Assembly: GCA_012520755.1 (NCBI GenBank)
Contig: JAAYNS010000084.1
Location: forward strand, 3,808-67,807
Direction: 5' to 3'
Source: Tissierellia bacterium
Lineage (GTDB): Bacteria > Bacillota > Clostridia > Tissierellales > Tissierellaceae
DNA length: 64,000 nucleotides
The notes under the pieces were generated by a model, which was given only the letters and a program-made list of their open reading frames with translations, was not told the DNA's origin and ran no database searches. Position 1 is the first letter of the stretch, and each line of letters begins with the position of its first letter. Made by a program: the position numbers and the translations under genes. Shown here one piece after another: positions 10,433 through 21,599 of the stretch.

Positions 10433-10987
10433 ATGAATGTTAATAAGAATGATTTAAACAAGGAAGAGGAATTAGAAGAAGAAAAAGTTGAGGAAACAGA
10501 AAAGGAAGTAATAGATGAAGATATAATAAACGAGGATTCTGATTCTAATTCAATTAGTATTAAGGACGATGAAATCGAAGATTTAAAATCTAAACTAACA
10601 AGATTGCAAGCAGATTTTGTCAATTATAAAAGAAGAGCTGAGAAAGATAGAGAAAGTTCTATAGACTTTGGAATAGAAAGTATTGTATGTGATTTACTTC
10701 CAATTATAGATAATTTTCAAAGAGCTTTGACTAGTGAAGTGGATAAAGATGATAATTTTTATAAGGGTGTAAGTTTAATTGAACAACAACTAATAGAAAT
10801 GTTGAAAAACAATTCTGTTCATGAGATAGAAGCCTTAGGCAAAGAATTTGATCCAAATTATCATCATGCAGTTACTATGGAAGAATCAACTGAATACGAA
10901 TCGGGGATTGTGATTGAAATTCTACAAAAAGGATATATGTTAAAGGATAAAGTATTAAGACCATCTATGGTTAAAGTATCGAAATAA
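10433..10987 (+). CDS. grpE: Nucleotide exchange factor GrpE
   Basis: [35 protein letters not shown]. Confidence 0.98.
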   Translation: MNVNKNDLNKEEELEEEKVEETEKEVIDEDIINEDSDSNSISIKDDEIEDLKSKLTRLQADFVNYKRRAEKDRESSIDFGIESIVCDLLPIIDNFQRALTSEVDKDDNFYKGVSLIEQQLIEMLKNNSVHEIEALGKEFDPNYHHAVTMEESTEYESGIVIEILQKGYMLKDKVLRPSMVKVSK

Positions 10988-11006
10988 TTTAGGGAGGAAT
11001 ATATAT

Positions 11007-12824
11007 ATGGGAAAGATTATTGGAATAGACTTAGGTACAACTAATTCATGTGTAGCAGTTATGGAAGGTGGAGAGCCTACAGTTATACCTAATGCGGAAG
11101 GGAACAGGACTACTCCATCTGTTGTTGCATTTACTAAAGACGGAGAGAGATTAGTTGGTGAAACTGCTAGAAGGCAAGCAGTTACAAATCCAGAAAAAAC
11201 CATAACATCTATAAAGAGACAAATGGGTAGTGATCACAAAGTAAAGATAGATGATAAAAACTATACTCCAGAAGAAATATCAGCTATGATATTACAAAAA
11301 ATTAAAACGGATGTAGAGAGTTATTTAGGAGAAACTGTAGAAGAAGCAGTAATTACAGTTCCTGCTTATTTTACTGATAGCCAAAGACAAGCAACAAAAG
11401 ATGCTGGTAGAATTGCTGGATTGGAAGTAAAGAGAATAATAAATGAGCCAACTGCTGCTGCATTAGCTTATGGTATGGATAAAGAAGAAGGTCAAAGCAA
11501 AATAATGGTGTTTGATCTTGGCGGTGGTACTTTTGATGTTTCTATATTAGAAATAGGAGATGGAGTATTCGAAGTACTATCAACAAGGGGTAATAACAAA
11601 CTTGGTGGAGATGACTTTGATAATGAGCTTATAAAATATATTAGTGAAGAGTTTAAGAAGGAAAATGGTGTTGACTTAACTCAAGATAAAATGTCCTTAC
11701 AAAGATTAAATGAAGCCGCAGAAAAAGCAAAGAAAGAATTATCATCAATGATGTCAACTAATATTAATCTACCATTTATTACAGCAACATCAGCTGGTCC
11801 ATTACATTTGAATATGGATATTACAAGGGCTAAATTTGAAGAGTTGACTTCTCATTTAGTAGACAAAACATTAGAACCAGTTAGAGCTGCAATTAAAGAT
11901 TCTGGTTTATCTTATTCTGATATAGACAAGGTATTACTTGTTGGTGGCTCAACTAGAATCCCAGCTGTACAAGAGGCTGTTAAGAAATTAATCGGCAAAG
12001 AACCTCAAAAAGATATTAATCCAGATGAGTGTGTTGCTATTGGTGCGGCAGTCCAAGGTGGAGTCTTAAGTGGAGAAGTTAAGGATATATTATTACTTGA
12101 TGTTACACCACTTTCATTAGGTATTGAAACACTTGGTGGAGTTACAACTAGATTAATTGAAAGAAATACAACTATACCAACAAAGAAATCTCAAGTGTTC
12201 TCAACTGCATCAGATAATCAAACCTCAGTAGATATACATGTTTTACAAGGTGAAAGACAAATGGCTAATGATAATGTAACTCTAGGAAGATTCCAACTTA
12301 CAGGTATAGCACCAGCACCAAGAGGAGTTCCACAAATTGAAGTAACATTCGATATAGATGCCAACGGTATAGTAAATGTAAGTGCAAAAGATTTAGGTAC
12401 TGGAAAAGAACAAAAGATTACTATAACAGCTTCAACAAAAATGTCAGATGAAGAAATTGAGAAAAAGGTAAAAGAAGCTGAAAGATTTGCAGAAGAAGAT
12501 GAGAAAAAAAGACAATCTATAGAAGTTAGAAATAATGCTGATTCAATGGTTTATCAGACAGAGAAGGCTCTTAAGGAGTTAGAAGGCAAGATTTCAGAAG
12601 ATGAAAAAGCTGATGTTAATTCTAAATTAGACGCTCTAAAGAAGGCTTTAGAGGGGGAAGATATAGATGAAATTAAGAATAAAACTGAAGAGCTAACTCA
12701 AAGTTTCTACAAGATATCAGAAAAGATCTATAGCCAAACTCAAGATCAAGGAGAAGGGGTAGGTCCAGAAGACGATGTTGTAGATGCTGATTATGAAGTA
12801 GTAGACGAAGATGAGGAAGAGTAG
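11007..12824 (+). CDS. dnaK: Chaperone DnaK
   Basis: [17 protein letters not shown]; Gram-positive-type short N-domain. Confidence 0.99.
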   Translation: MGKIIGIDLGTTNSCVAVMEGGEPTVIPNAEGNRTTPSVVAFTKDGERLVGETARRQAVTNPEKTITSIKRQMGSDHKVKIDDKNYTPEEISAMILQKIKTDVESYLGETVEEAVITVPAYFTDSQRQATKDAGRIAGLEVKRIINEPTAAALAYGMDKEEGQSKIMVFDLGGGTFDVSILEIGDGVFEVLSTRGNNKLGGDDFDNELIKYISEEFKKENGVDLTQDKMSLQRLNEAAEKAKKELSSMMSTNINLPFITATSAGPLHLNMDITRAKFEELTSHLVDKTLEPVRAAIKDSGLSYSDIDKVLLVGGSTRIPAVQEAVKKLIGKEPQKDINPDECVAIGAAVQGGVLSGEVKDILLLDVTPLSLGIETLGGVTTRLIERNTTIPTKKSQVFSTASDNQTSVDIHVLQGERQMANDNVTLGRFQLTGIAPAPRGVPQIEVTFDIDANGIVNVSAKDLGTGKEQKITITASTKMSDEEIEKKVKEAERFAEEDEKKRQSIEVRNNADSMVYQTEKALKELEGKISEDEKADVNSKLDALKKALEGEDIDEIKNKTEELTQSFYKISEKIYSQTQDQGEGVGPEDDVVDADYEVVDEDEEE

Positions 12825-12848
12825 TAAAATACTAAAAGTAACATAGTT

Positions 12849-12882
12849 AACATAAGCTAAATCTAAGGATTTAGCTTATGTT
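12849..12882 (+). terminator. Hairpin between dnaK and dnaJ
   Basis: Perfect 15-bp stem aacataagctaaatc-taag-gatttagcttatgtt followed by tttg. Confidence 0.85.
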
Positions 12883-12917
12883 TTGTTAAGTATAATGGTA
12901 AAGGTTGGTGAAAGTAT

Positions 12918-14030
12918 TTGGCTGATTATTATGAGGTTTTGGGTGTTGACAGAAATGCCACTAATGATGAAATTAAAAGTGCCTATAGGAAATTAGCGAA
13001 AAAATATCATCCTGATTTAAATCCTGATGACAGTAGTGCGGAGCAAAAATTTAAAGAGGCAACTACTGCTTATGAAGTTTTAAGTGATGAAAATAAAAGA
13101 GCTAGATATGATAGGTATGGAGAAGCTGGAGTAAACAGTGATGCAGCTGGTGGATTTGGCGGATTTAGTGATATCTTTGATGATATTTTTGATATTTTTG
13201 GTGGCGGATTCGGGGCTAGTACCCAAAGAAGAAGGGGTGGACCAGTTAGTGGTTCTGATCTAAGATATGAATTAGTGCTGGAATTTGAGGAAGCTGTATT
13301 TGGAGTTGAAAAAGAGATACAGATTAGAAGAAGTGAAAATTGTTCAAAATGTGATGGTTCAGGTGCTAAGGAAGGTACTGACAAAGAAACTTGTCCTAAG
13401 TGCCATGGAAGTGGTCAAGTAAGATATACTCAACAGTCTCCATTTGGGCAATTTGTTAGAGTAGGAACTTGCGATGAATGTAATGGTAGTGGAGAGGTTA
13501 TTAAAGAAAAGTGTACCAATTGTCATGGTTCAGGAAGGGAAATTAAGAGCAGAAGAATAAATGTAAAAATTCCTGCTGGAGTAGATAGTAACTCAATTAT
13601 TACTATCAGAGGTGAAGGTGAGCATGGACTACGTGGAGGCAGTCCTGGTGACTTGTACGTATATATATCCGTTAAAGAAGACGAGATTTTCAAAAGAAAA
13701 GGCAATAATATATTTATTAATATACCAATTTCATTCACTGAAGCCGCACTAGGAGCAAAAATTGTTGTACCTACATTAGAAGGAAATGAGGACTTTAATA
13801 TACCAGAAGGAACACAAACTGGAACTCAGTTTAAATTAAAGGGTAAGGGAGTACCTAGTGTTCGTGGACTTGGTAGGGGTGACTTATATTTTACAGTTGA
13901 TGTTATGATTCCTACAAAATTATCTGATAAACAAAGAGAGTTATTAATAGAATTAAGTCATGAACAAGGGGAAGAATTGAAAGAAGAGAAAAAGGGCTTT
14001 TTCAAAAAAGTAAAGGACGCATTTAAGTAA
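12918..14030 (+). CDS. dnaJ: Chaperone DnaJ
   Basis: HPD motif, G/F region, four CxxCxGxG repeats; TTG start. Confidence 0.99.
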   Translation: MADYYEVLGVDRNATNDEIKSAYRKLAKKYHPDLNPDDSSAEQKFKEATTAYEVLSDENKRARYDRYGEAGVNSDAAGGFGGFSDIFDDIFDIFGGGFGASTQRRRGGPVSGSDLRYELVLEFEEAVFGVEKEIQIRRSENCSKCDGSGAKEGTDKETCPKCHGSGQVRYTQQSPFGQFVRVGTCDECNGSGEVIKEKCTNCHGSGREIKSRRINVKIPAGVDSNSIITIRGEGEHGLRGGSPGDLYVYISVKEDEIFKRKGNNIFINIPISFTEAALGAKIVVPTLEGNEDFNIPEGTQTGTQFKLKGKGVPSVRGLGRGDLYFTVDVMIPTKLSDKQRELLIELSHEQGEELKEEKKGFFKKVKDAFK

Positions 14031-14146
14031 TTAGGCCTAAATATTTTTACTTTTGGATTATATAGTAATTTCAATAAATTTAATGTATAATTAAACTGGT
14101 TTATACCTTATGTTTCTTAATAAAAAGAAAAGAGGATGTGCATTTA

Positions 14147-15082
14147 ATGAAATGGCTTGAGCTGCAGATAAAAACTACTGCTGAAAATGAAGAACTTGTA
14201 TCATCTATACTGTATAAATATGGTGCTACTGGGCTTGCTATTGAAGACCCAAATGATATACTTGAACTATCAAGAAGTGAAAAGGACTGGGACTTTGTTG
14301 ATCCAGAACTCATTAGCCTATCTTTTGATGGAATAATAATAAAAGCATATTATGAAATAGATAATGGGATAGATCTTATAGTGGATAAAATTAGGACTGA
14401 AGTAGAAGATAATCCACTAAAAGAAGGAAACAAAGCCTTAGGTCAAGTTGAAACTTATGAAGTAGATGATACGGATTGGGCAGATAATTGGAAGAAATAT
14501 TTTAACACTATCATAATTAATGACCACATAATAATAAAGCCGTCTTGGGAAGATTATGATGTTAACGAGGGAGATATTGTTATTGAGCTTGATCCAGGTA
14601 TGGCATTTGGTACTGGTTCTCATGAGACAACAATGATGTGCGCAGAAGCTTTAGCAGAATATGTAAACAATGATTCTATAGTATTTGATATTGGGTGTGG
14701 TAGTGGAATACTTAGTATTTTAGCAGCAAAACTAGGGGCCAAAAATGTTACCGCCATAGATTTAGATACTATGGCAGTAAGGGTTTCTAAAGAAAATGTA
14801 GAGAATAATAATGTTGATAATGTTGTATCTGTAAAGCAGGGGAACTTACTGGATCTTGCAGAGGGTAAAGCCGATATAATAGTTGCCAATATAATAGCAG
14901 AAATTTTAATTGAAATGATAGAAAACCTTGATAATTATTTAGAGGAGAATGGGATATTTGTTGGTTCGGGTATTATAACCAGTAAAGTAAATATGGTTAA
15001 AGAATCATTGTTAGAACATAGTTTTAGTATTGTAAACGTAAAAGAGAATAATGGTTGGGCATGTATTGTTGCGACTAAATAG
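14147..15082 (+). CDS. prmA: Ribosomal protein L11 methyltransferase
   Basis: DPGMAFGTGSHETT, DIGCGSGILS, VANI motifs. Confidence 0.97.
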   Translation: MKWLELQIKTTAENEELVSSILYKYGATGLAIEDPNDILELSRSEKDWDFVDPELISLSFDGIIIKAYYEIDNGIDLIVDKIRTEVEDNPLKEGNKALGQVETYEVDDTDWADNWKKYFNTIIINDHIIIKPSWEDYDVNEGDIVIELDPGMAFGTGSHETTMMCAEALAEYVNNDSIVFDIGCGSGILSILAAKLGAKNVTAIDLDTMAVRVSKENVENNNVDNVVSVKQGNLLDLAEGKADIIVANIIAEILIEMIENLDNYLEENGIFVGSGIITSKVNMVKESLLEHSFSIVNVKENNGWACIVATK

Positions 15083-15090
15083 GTGATAAT

Positions 15091-15834
15091 ATGCATAGGT
15101 TTTTTGTAGATAAAAATCAAATAGAAGATGGAAAAATAATAATACTAAATAACGATGTTAGGCATATTAGGGATGTACTGAGGCTTAAACTAGGAGAAGA
15201 TATTGAAGTATCATGTGAGGAAATTGCCTATATATGTGTAATTGAACAAATATTAAAGAATAAAGTAATAACAAAGATAAGGGATAAGCAAATAGGAAAT
15301 CATGAATCAAAGGTAGAAATATCCTTATTTCAAGGTCTGGCAAAGGGAAATAAGATGGAGATGATATTCCAAAAAGCTACTGAAATTGGAGTCAAGAGTT
15401 TTTATCCAGTTGCTACCCATAGGTCTGTTGTCAAGATAAATGATATAAAAAAGGAACAAAATAAGCTAGATAGATGGAATTCAATAGTTGAGGAAGCTGC
15501 AAAGCAATCAAAAAGAGATTTGATTCCTAAAGTGTATGGTATTATAAACTTTAGTGAGATGATAAATATATTGAAAAATGAAACTAATATTATAGTACCT
15601 TATGAAGAAGAAAGGGTTGCCACTATAAAAGAAGAGCTGCTAAAGATTAAAGAAGGTAGGATTAATATTATAATAGGTCCTGAAGGTGGGTTTGAGGAAA
15701 GTGAAATTAGTATCTTAAAGTCTATAGGTGGAAAAATTGTGACATTAGGACCGAGAATTTTAAGGACGGAGACTGCTGGTTTGGTTACAGCAACAATAGT
15801 GCTTTATGAATTAGGAGATTTAGGAGTGATTTAA
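15091..15834 (+). CDS. rsmE: 16S rRNA m3U1498 methyltransferase
   Basis: MHRFF, QKATEIG, IGPEGGF, LGPRILRTETA. Confidence 0.97.
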   Translation: MHRFFVDKNQIEDGKIIILNNDVRHIRDVLRLKLGEDIEVSCEEIAYICVIEQILKNKVITKIRDKQIGNHESKVEISLFQGLAKGNKMEMIFQKATEIGVKSFYPVATHRSVVKINDIKKEQNKLDRWNSIVEEAAKQSKRDLIPKVYGIINFSEMINILKNETNIIVPYEEERVATIKEELLKIKEGRINIIIGPEGGFEESEISILKSIGGKIVTLGPRILRTETAGLVTATIVLYELGDLGVI

Positions 15835-15837
15835 TTA

Positions 15838-17133
15838 ATGAAAACCGTAGCATTTCATACGCTAGGGTGCAAGGTAAATCAATATGAAACCGAAGCTATG
15901 GAAGAACTTTTTGAAAAAAATGGTTACAAAATAATAAGAGAAGATAGTTTTGCAGATGTTTATGTTATTAATACATGCACTGTTACTAATTTGTCAGATA
16001 GAAAATCAAGGCAGTTTATTAGAAAGGCAAAAAAGCTAAATAAAGATTCCATCATAGCTGTAGTAGGATGCTATTCACAAGTGTCTCCTGAGGAAGTTGC
16101 TGGAATTGAAGGTGTTGATGTTATAATAGGGACTACAGATAGAAATGAAATTGTTGAACTCTGTGAACGAGCGAAGGAAGAAAGTGAAAAAATTAATATT
16201 GTAAGGGATATAAGAACTTATAAAAAGTTTGATAAGATAAATATAAATGAAATAAAATCAAAAACTAGGGCCTATATAAAAATTCAGGATGGATGTAATC
16301 AGTTTTGTAGCTATTGTATAATTCCATATGCTAGAGGCCCCATTAGAAGTAGAGAATATGAAGATGTAATTAAGGAAACTGAAAAGTTAGCAAAAGCAGG
16401 TTTTAAGGAGATTGTATTAACTGGAATTCATATTGCATCCTATGGTAAGGACTTAAAGGACATAGGATTAGTTGATGTAATAAAGGGAATTAATAGAGTA
16501 GAAGGTATTGAAAGAATACGATTAAGCTCGGTAGAACCTACTTTAATAGATGAAGATTTTATGAAGGAAATAGTTAAAATTGATAAGCTTTGTGACCATT
16601 TTCATCTTTCCCTACAAAGCGGAAGTGATACAGTCTTAAAAAGAATGAATAGAAAATACACTAAGGATATATATAAGAATAAAACAGAGCTTATTAGAAA
16701 GTATATGCCAAATGCTGCATTGACTACTGATATTATAGTTGGATTTCCTGGGGAAACAGATGATGAATTTGAAGAAACATGTGATTTTGTAAGAGATATT
16801 GGATTTTCTAGAATACATGTATTTAAATACAGCCCTAGAAAAGGTACCCCTGCTGAAAAGTATGAAAATCAAGTAGATGGCAATATTAAAAATGGACGAA
16901 GTGAACTACTTATTAAAATTGCCGAGGAAATGTCTAATGAATTTAAGAATAAATTTATCGGCTTGAGTTTGGAGGTCTTATTTGAAGAGAACGATAATGA
17001 AGAGCAAATCTGTGAAGGCTATACTACTAATTATATTAGAACTAAAGTAGAAGCTGATGATAGTTTTGTAGGGCAAATAAAATCTGTAAAGATCATTGAT
17101 TCAGCAGATGATTATTTAATTGGAAAGATTTAA
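15838..17133 (+). CDS. mtaB: tRNA methylthiotransferase MtaB
   Basis: TLGCKVNQYE, CNQFCSYC, C-terminal TRAM domain. Confidence 0.96.
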   Translation: MKTVAFHTLGCKVNQYETEAMEELFEKNGYKIIREDSFADVYVINTCTVTNLSDRKSRQFIRKAKKLNKDSIIAVVGCYSQVSPEEVAGIEGVDVIIGTTDRNEIVELCERAKEESEKINIVRDIRTYKKFDKININEIKSKTRAYIKIQDGCNQFCSYCIIPYARGPIRSREYEDVIKETEKLAKAGFKEIVLTGIHIASYGKDLKDIGLVDVIKGINRVEGIERIRLSSVEPTLIDEDFMKEIVKIDKLCDHFHLSLQSGSDTVLKRMNRKYTKDIYKNKTELIRKYMPNAALTTDIIVGFPGETDDEFEETCDFVRDIGFSRIHVFKYSPRKGTPAEKYENQVDGNIKNGRSELLIKIAEEMSNEFKNKFIGLSLEVLFEENDNEEQICEGYTTNYIRTKVEADDSFVGQIKSVKIIDSADDYLIGKI

Positions 17134-17168
17134 TGTATAGCCCTAATTGTTTTAAGGAGGTGATACAT

Positions 17169-17507
17169 ATGGATTGCATATTCTGTAAAATTATAAATAA
17201 AGAAATTCCTAGTGAAATAGTTTATGAGGATGAAAGAGTTGTTGCTTTTAAAGATACTTCCCCTCAAGCTCCAATACATTTTTTAATTGTACCTAGAGAA
17301 CATATTGAATCTAATGATGAAGTAGATGAAAACAACTATGAAACAATAGGACAAGTGTTTTTAGTTGGAAAAAAACTAGCTAAAGAATATGGGCTTTCCA
17401 AAGGTTACCGAATAGTTAATAATTGTAAAGCAGATGGAGGTCAAACTGTAAACCATATTCATTTTCATTTGATGGGTGGTAGAAATATGTTATGGCCACC
17501 AGGTTAA
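17169..17507 (+). CDS. HIT family nucleotide-binding protein
   Basis: DCIFCKII, HIHFHLMGG histidine triad; AAGGAGGTGA RBS. Confidence 0.95.
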   Translation: MDCIFCKIINKEIPSEIVYEDERVVAFKDTSPQAPIHFLIVPREHIESNDEVDENNYETIGQVFLVGKKLAKEYGLSKGYRIVNNCKADGGQTVNHIHFHLMGGRNMLWPPG

Positions 17508-17514
17508 AAACATA

Positions 17515-17543
17515 TTGAAATTATTGTAGTTCTAATGTATAAT
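17515..17543 (+). promoter_or_regulatory. sigmaA promoter of rpsU
   Basis: TTGAAA-17-TATAAT with extended TG. Confidence 0.7.
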
Positions 17544-17611
17544 TAATCTGTCTGTTAACAAATCATGGTAGTATAGATTCACTCTTGTAGTAGTGAGGGG
17601 AGGGAAGATTG

Positions 17612-17794
17612 ATGTCAGAAATTAAAGTTGGAGAAAATGAATCTCTTGACAATGCATTAAAAAGATTTAAAAGACAGTGTGCTCGCTCTGGAGTAATAAG
17701 TGAAGTAAGAAAAAGAGAACATTATGAGAAACCAAGCGTAAGGCGCAAAAAGAAATCTGAAGAAGCAAGAAGAAAGAAGCGTTCAAAGTTTTAA
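17612..17794 (+). CDS. rpsU: 30S ribosomal protein S21
   Basis: [26 protein letters not shown]. Confidence 0.98.
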   Translation: MSEIKVGENESLDNALKRFKRQCARSGVISEVRKREHYEKPSVRRKKKSEEARRKKRSKF

Positions 17795-17831
17795 TTAATT
17801 AATTTATTATGAATTATTGGAAGGTGAATTA

Positions 17832-18275
17832 ATGTCCCTTAAAGAAAAGCTTATGGAAGATTTAAAATCATCCATGAAAAACAAAGATACTATAAGAAAA
17901 AATACTATCACAATGGTTAGGGCTTCAATTAAACAGATTGAAGTTGATCAGAGAAAAGAGTTAACTGACGAAGAAGTATTAGACATAATAAGTAAACAAG
18001 TAAAAGAAAAAAGAAATGCTATTGAAGAATTTAGAAAAGGTTCTAGGGATGATTTAATTAGTCAAACTGAGAACGAAATAGAAATTCTTTTGAAATATTT
18101 ACCTGAGCAACTTTCTGAAGAAGAGGTAGAGGAAATTGTTAGGGAAGCAATAAGAGAAGTAAGTGCTAGTTCAATGAAGGACATTGGAAAGATAATGAAG
18201 TATGTAATGCCTAAAGTTAAAGGCAGAACTGATGGTAACATAGTAAATAATATAGTTAAAAGAATATTAAATTAA
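17832..18275 (+). CDS. yqeY: GatB/YqeY domain protein
   Basis: LMEDLKSSMK, YLPEQLSEEE, MKDIGKIM; follows rpsU. Confidence 0.93.
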   Translation: MSLKEKLMEDLKSSMKNKDTIRKNTITMVRASIKQIEVDQRKELTDEEVLDIISKQVKEKRNAIEEFRKGSRDDLISQTENEIEILLKYLPEQLSEEEVEEIVREAIREVSASSMKDIGKIMKYVMPKVKGRTDGNIVNNIVKRILN

Positions 18276-18299
18276 CCTGGGTTATACTCAGGTTTTTTT
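18274..18299 (+). terminator. Intrinsic terminator after yqeY
   Basis: aacctggg/ctcaggtt plus T tract. Confidence 0.8.
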
Positions 18300-18416
18300 G
18301 TATATTTGGATATTTTTATATAAATCACATATATTGTAACTAGATTGTTATATTTATATGGTATAGATTTGGGTATAAAATGAAAGAAATACATAATAGC
18401 AGGAGGTGAAGGCAAT

Positions 18417-19706
18417 ATGAGAATTAAGAAAATAGGGATTGTTTTATTATTACTTTTAATGTTGAACTCAATGTCATACGCAAATGAAGTTGATAATGGT
18501 AGTAGTATATATATAGTTCCTATAAATGGAGAAATAAATAGGGCTACAAGTAGTTTCGTCAAGAACACCATAGAAGATTTAGAGCAGAAAAATGCAAAAG
18601 CAATAATATTTGAAATAAATACTTATGGTGGCTTAATTGATGAAGCCATAGAGATTAAAGACGCAATTCTAGCTACAAAGATACCTACCATTTCTTATGT
18701 AAACAGTAATGCTCAATCTGCTGGCGTTTTAATAAGCATAGCTAGTGAAAAGGTTGTAATGGCAAATAGTGCTACTATTGGTTCAGCAGAAACTATACCA
18801 AATACTGAAAAGATAATGTCAATGTGGAGGGCAATTTTAAGAGATACAGCTCAATACAGAGACAGAAATTATAAAATTATTGAAGCCATGGCTGATAAAG
18901 ATATAAAGATTGATGGAATTACAGAAGAAGGCAAATTAGTTAATCTTACGGCCAAGGAAGCACTAGAGTATGGCATAGCTGACAATATATCTAATGACTA
19001 TAAGAGCATATTGGAGTTTTTCAACATTGAAGCTTCGCGGGTTATTGAAGTTGAAGAAGGTTTTCAAGTTAAACTTGCAAAATATATTTCTAGTTCTTCA
19101 ATAAGCACTATACTTTTAGCAATTGGTTTTATTGGTGTAGTAGTTGAAATATTCACCCCTGGTTTTGGGATAGGTGGAATTGCAAGTATTATTGCTTTTG
19201 GTTTGTATTTTGGTGGTAATATCTTGGCTGGTAATTCTGATTGGATATCCTTAACATTGTTTGTTATAGGTCTGATTCTATTAGTAATTGAAGGTATGGT
19301 ACCTGGTTTTGGTCTTCCTGGCATAGGTGGAATAGTTTTCATCCTTGTAGGTACAATAATGGCAATGGATGATTTTAGGACTGGAGTACTATCATTAAGC
19401 ATTGCTATTATACTAACGTCAATTGTGACTTTAATATTTGTAAAATTAGGATATCGGAGCAAAATATTCGATAATATAATCCTGAGCAAGGAACTTGTTA
19501 AGGAGAAAGGGTATATTTCATCTAAGGATATGGAATATCTGTTAGGAGAAGTAGGTATTACACTATCTGAACTTAGACCTTCTGGGTTTATTGAAATAGA
19601 TGGTAATAAATACGATGCCTTATCAGATGGCGACTTTATTAGTAGAAATACTAACATAAAGGTAGTGAAAGTAGAAGGATCAAAAATATTTGTAAGGAGG
19701 ATTTAA
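18417..19706 (+). CDS. nfeD: NfeD family membrane protein (long form with ClpP-like N-domain)
   Basis: INTYGG, AQSAG, IGSA, multiple TM, C-terminal OB fold (LRPSG); upstream of floA. Confidence 0.9.
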   Translation: MRIKKIGIVLLLLLMLNSMSYANEVDNGSSIYIVPINGEINRATSSFVKNTIEDLEQKNAKAIIFEINTYGGLIDEAIEIKDAILATKIPTISYVNSNAQSAGVLISIASEKVVMANSATIGSAETIPNTEKIMSMWRAILRDTAQYRDRNYKIIEAMADKDIKIDGITEEGKLVNLTAKEALEYGIADNISNDYKSILEFFNIEASRVIEVEEGFQVKLAKYISSSSISTILLAIGFIGVVVEIFTPGFGIGGIASIIAFGLYFGGNILAGNSDWISLTLFVIGLILLVIEGMVPGFGLPGIGGIVFILVGTIMAMDDFRTGVLSLSIAIILTSIVTLIFVKLGYRSKIFDNIILSKELVKEKGYISSKDMEYLLGEVGITLSELRPSGFIEIDGNKYDALSDGDFISRNTNIKVVKVEGSKIFVRRI

Positions 19707-19707
19707 T

Positions 19708-20685
19708 ATGGAGTTATTTTTTGCTGGAGGTTTAGCTTTACTTATAATTATAGTATTGATATTATTCTTTACATTCGTTCCAGTTGGACTATGGATTACA
19801 GCATTTTTCTCAGGTGTTAGAGTAAGAATATCAACCCTTATTGGAATGAGGCTTAGAAGGGTTGTGCCAAGTAGAATTGTAAATCCAATGATTAAAGCTA
19901 CAAAGGCAGGCTTAAGTTTAAATTTAGACGAATTAGAGGCTCACTATTTAGCAGGTGGTAATGTAAATACCCTAGTAGATGCATTAATAGCTGCACAAAG
20001 AGCTAATATTCCCTTGGTATTCGAAAGAGCAGCTGCAATTGATTTAGCAGGGAGAAATGTATTAGAAGCGGTTCAAGTAAGTGTAAATCCAAAGGTTATA
20101 GAAACACCTAATATATCAGCTGTGGCAAAGAATGGTATAGAAGTAATTGTAAAGGCTAGGGTAACAGTTAGAGCTAATATTGACAGATTAGTAGGAGGAT
20201 CAGGAGAGGAAACAATTATTGCAAGAGTTGGAGAGGGAATTGTAACTACTGTTGGTAGTTCTATTGCTCACTCTGATGTATTGGAAAATCCTGATAGCAT
20301 ATCTAGAACTGTACTAGATAAGGGATTAGATTCAGGTACTGCTTTTGAAATCTTATCCATCGATATTGCAGATGTTGATGTTGGCAGAAATATTGGTGCA
20401 AAGCTACAAATGGATCAGGCAGATGCTGATAAGAAGATAGCCCAAGCTAAAGCTGAAGAGAGAAGAGCAATGGCTGTAGCAAAGGAGCAAGAAATGCTGG
20501 CAGAAGTTCAAGCAATGAAAGCTAAAGTTGTAGAAGCAGAAGCAGAAGTTCCTTTGGCAATAGCAAGTGCATTAAAAGAAGGGCATATGGGAGTAATGGA
20601 TTATTATAATATGCGAAATATATTAGCTGATACTGATATGAGAAATTCAATTTCAAAAATATCTGATGAGGATAACAATAAATAG
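19708..20685 (+). CDS. floA: Flotillin-like protein FloA (YqfA)
   Basis: [34 protein letters not shown]. Confidence 0.96.
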   Translation: MELFFAGGLALLIIIVLILFFTFVPVGLWITAFFSGVRVRISTLIGMRLRRVVPSRIVNPMIKATKAGLSLNLDELEAHYLAGGNVNTLVDALIAAQRANIPLVFERAAAIDLAGRNVLEAVQVSVNPKVIETPNISAVAKNGIEVIVKARVTVRANIDRLVGGSGEETIIARVGEGIVTTVGSSIAHSDVLENPDSISRTVLDKGLDSGTAFEILSIDIADVDVGRNIGAKLQMDQADADKKIAQAKAEERRAMAVAKEQEMLAEVQAMKAKVVEAEAEVPLAIASALKEGHMGVMDYYNMRNILADTDMRNSISKISDEDNNK

Positions 20686-20699
20686 TAGGATGTGATTAT

Positions 20700-21245
20700 A
20701 TGGAACAACTAGTTATTCTTGTTATCTGGCTTATAGGGAATATAATAATAAAAAGTTCCAAAGAAAAGAATGTAAGTAGGGCAAAACAACATGGAAAGAA
20801 GACAAGAAGTGCTCATAGTCGAGGCATGAATGTTGGGAGTCCTAAAAAAGTCTTTGATAACTTAAAAATAGAAATAGAAAAGGAGCTACAAAGAGAAAGA
20901 GATTTACATAGAGAAAGGGAGCTAGAAAGGGAAAAGAAAAAACAACAAGAAATTGAGAGTCAATGGATGGAAACCAATTTATACCAAGTCCCTGAACCAT
21001 CAATATCTTCCCAACCTCTACCCCCTCCAAAACCTCCAAAACCAATAAAGCCAAAAGGCCTAGTGGTGGATAGGATTGGCGGAAATGAAGAGATGGGAGC
21101 TATTAGTAAATCTGATACTCCTTTAGAAGTAGAATATATTAATAAACTTGATTTAGACTTAAAAAGAGATCTATTAAAAGGCATAATTTATGCAGAGATA
21201 CTATCAGAACCGAAGAGTATGAAGAATATTAAGAGAAGCTGTTAA
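20700..21245 (+). CDS. Hypothetical protein in the yqfB position
   Basis: Third gene of the nfeD-floA operon; N-terminal hydrophobic stretch, charged and Pro-rich middle, C-terminal GIIYAEILSEPKS. Confidence 0.75.
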   Translation: MEQLVILVIWLIGNIIIKSSKEKNVSRAKQHGKKTRSAHSRGMNVGSPKKVFDNLKIEIEKELQRERDLHRERELEREKKKQQEIESQWMETNLYQVPEPSISSQPLPPPKPPKPIKPKGLVVDRIGGNEEMGAISKSDTPLEVEYINKLDLDLKRDLLKGIIYAEILSEPKSMKNIKRSC

Positions 21246-21259
21246 GGCTTCTCTTTTCT
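21232..21259 (+). terminator. Terminator of the nfeD-floA operon
   Basis: agagaagc/gcttctct plus tttctt. Confidence 0.8.
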
Positions 21260-21263
21260 TGTG

Positions 21264-21292
21264 TAATAGAACATTATTTAATTTCATATGAT
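21264..21292 (+). promoter_or_regulatory. sigmaE-type promoter of yqfCD
   Basis: ATA-16-CATATGAT; yqfCD is sigmaE-dependent in B. subtilis. Confidence 0.6.
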
Positions 21293-21310
21293 AAATTGGA
21301 GGGATTTTAT

Positions 21311-21589
21311 ATGAAAAAGAATATGGATAGTATTAAGGTCAATTTATCTGAAGCATTAGAATTACCAATAGATATAACTCTAGATTTACCGAGGATTTGT
21401 TTAATAGGAAATATTGAGCTTAGTATTTCTAATCACAAAGGAATTATAGAGTACGATAACCAAGTTATTAGGATAAACTCTAAGTCTGGCATCATAAAAG
21501 TAACTGGAAATGAATTAGAGATAAAAAACATACTATCTGAAGAAATACTAATAATTGGCAATATAGAACAAGTAGAAATCTTGGGCTAG
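21311..21589 (+). CDS. yqfC: Sporulation protein YqfC
   Basis: LELPIDITLDLPRI, NHKGIIEY (YabP/YqfC family). Confidence 0.93.
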   Translation: MKKNMDSIKVNLSEALELPIDITLDLPRICLIGNIELSISNHKGIIEYDNQVIRINSKSGIIKVTGNELEIKNILSEEILIIGNIEQVEILG

Positions 21590-21599
21590 GGGTGATTAA

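Noticed and set aside
14031-14040. TTAGGCCTAA palindrome after dnaJ
   Set aside because: Short, no loop or U tract, not repeated; insufficient support
17133-17168. 12-aa N-terminal extension of the HIT protein via TAATG overlap with mtaB
   Set aside because: A strong AAGGAGGTGA RBS supports ATG 17169, and HIT proteins normally start at MDCIFC
19064-19657. 197-aa antisense ORF
   Set aside because: Shadow of nfeD; Ser/Ile/Pro-rich composition typical of reverse-complemented AT-rich coding DNA; no RBS
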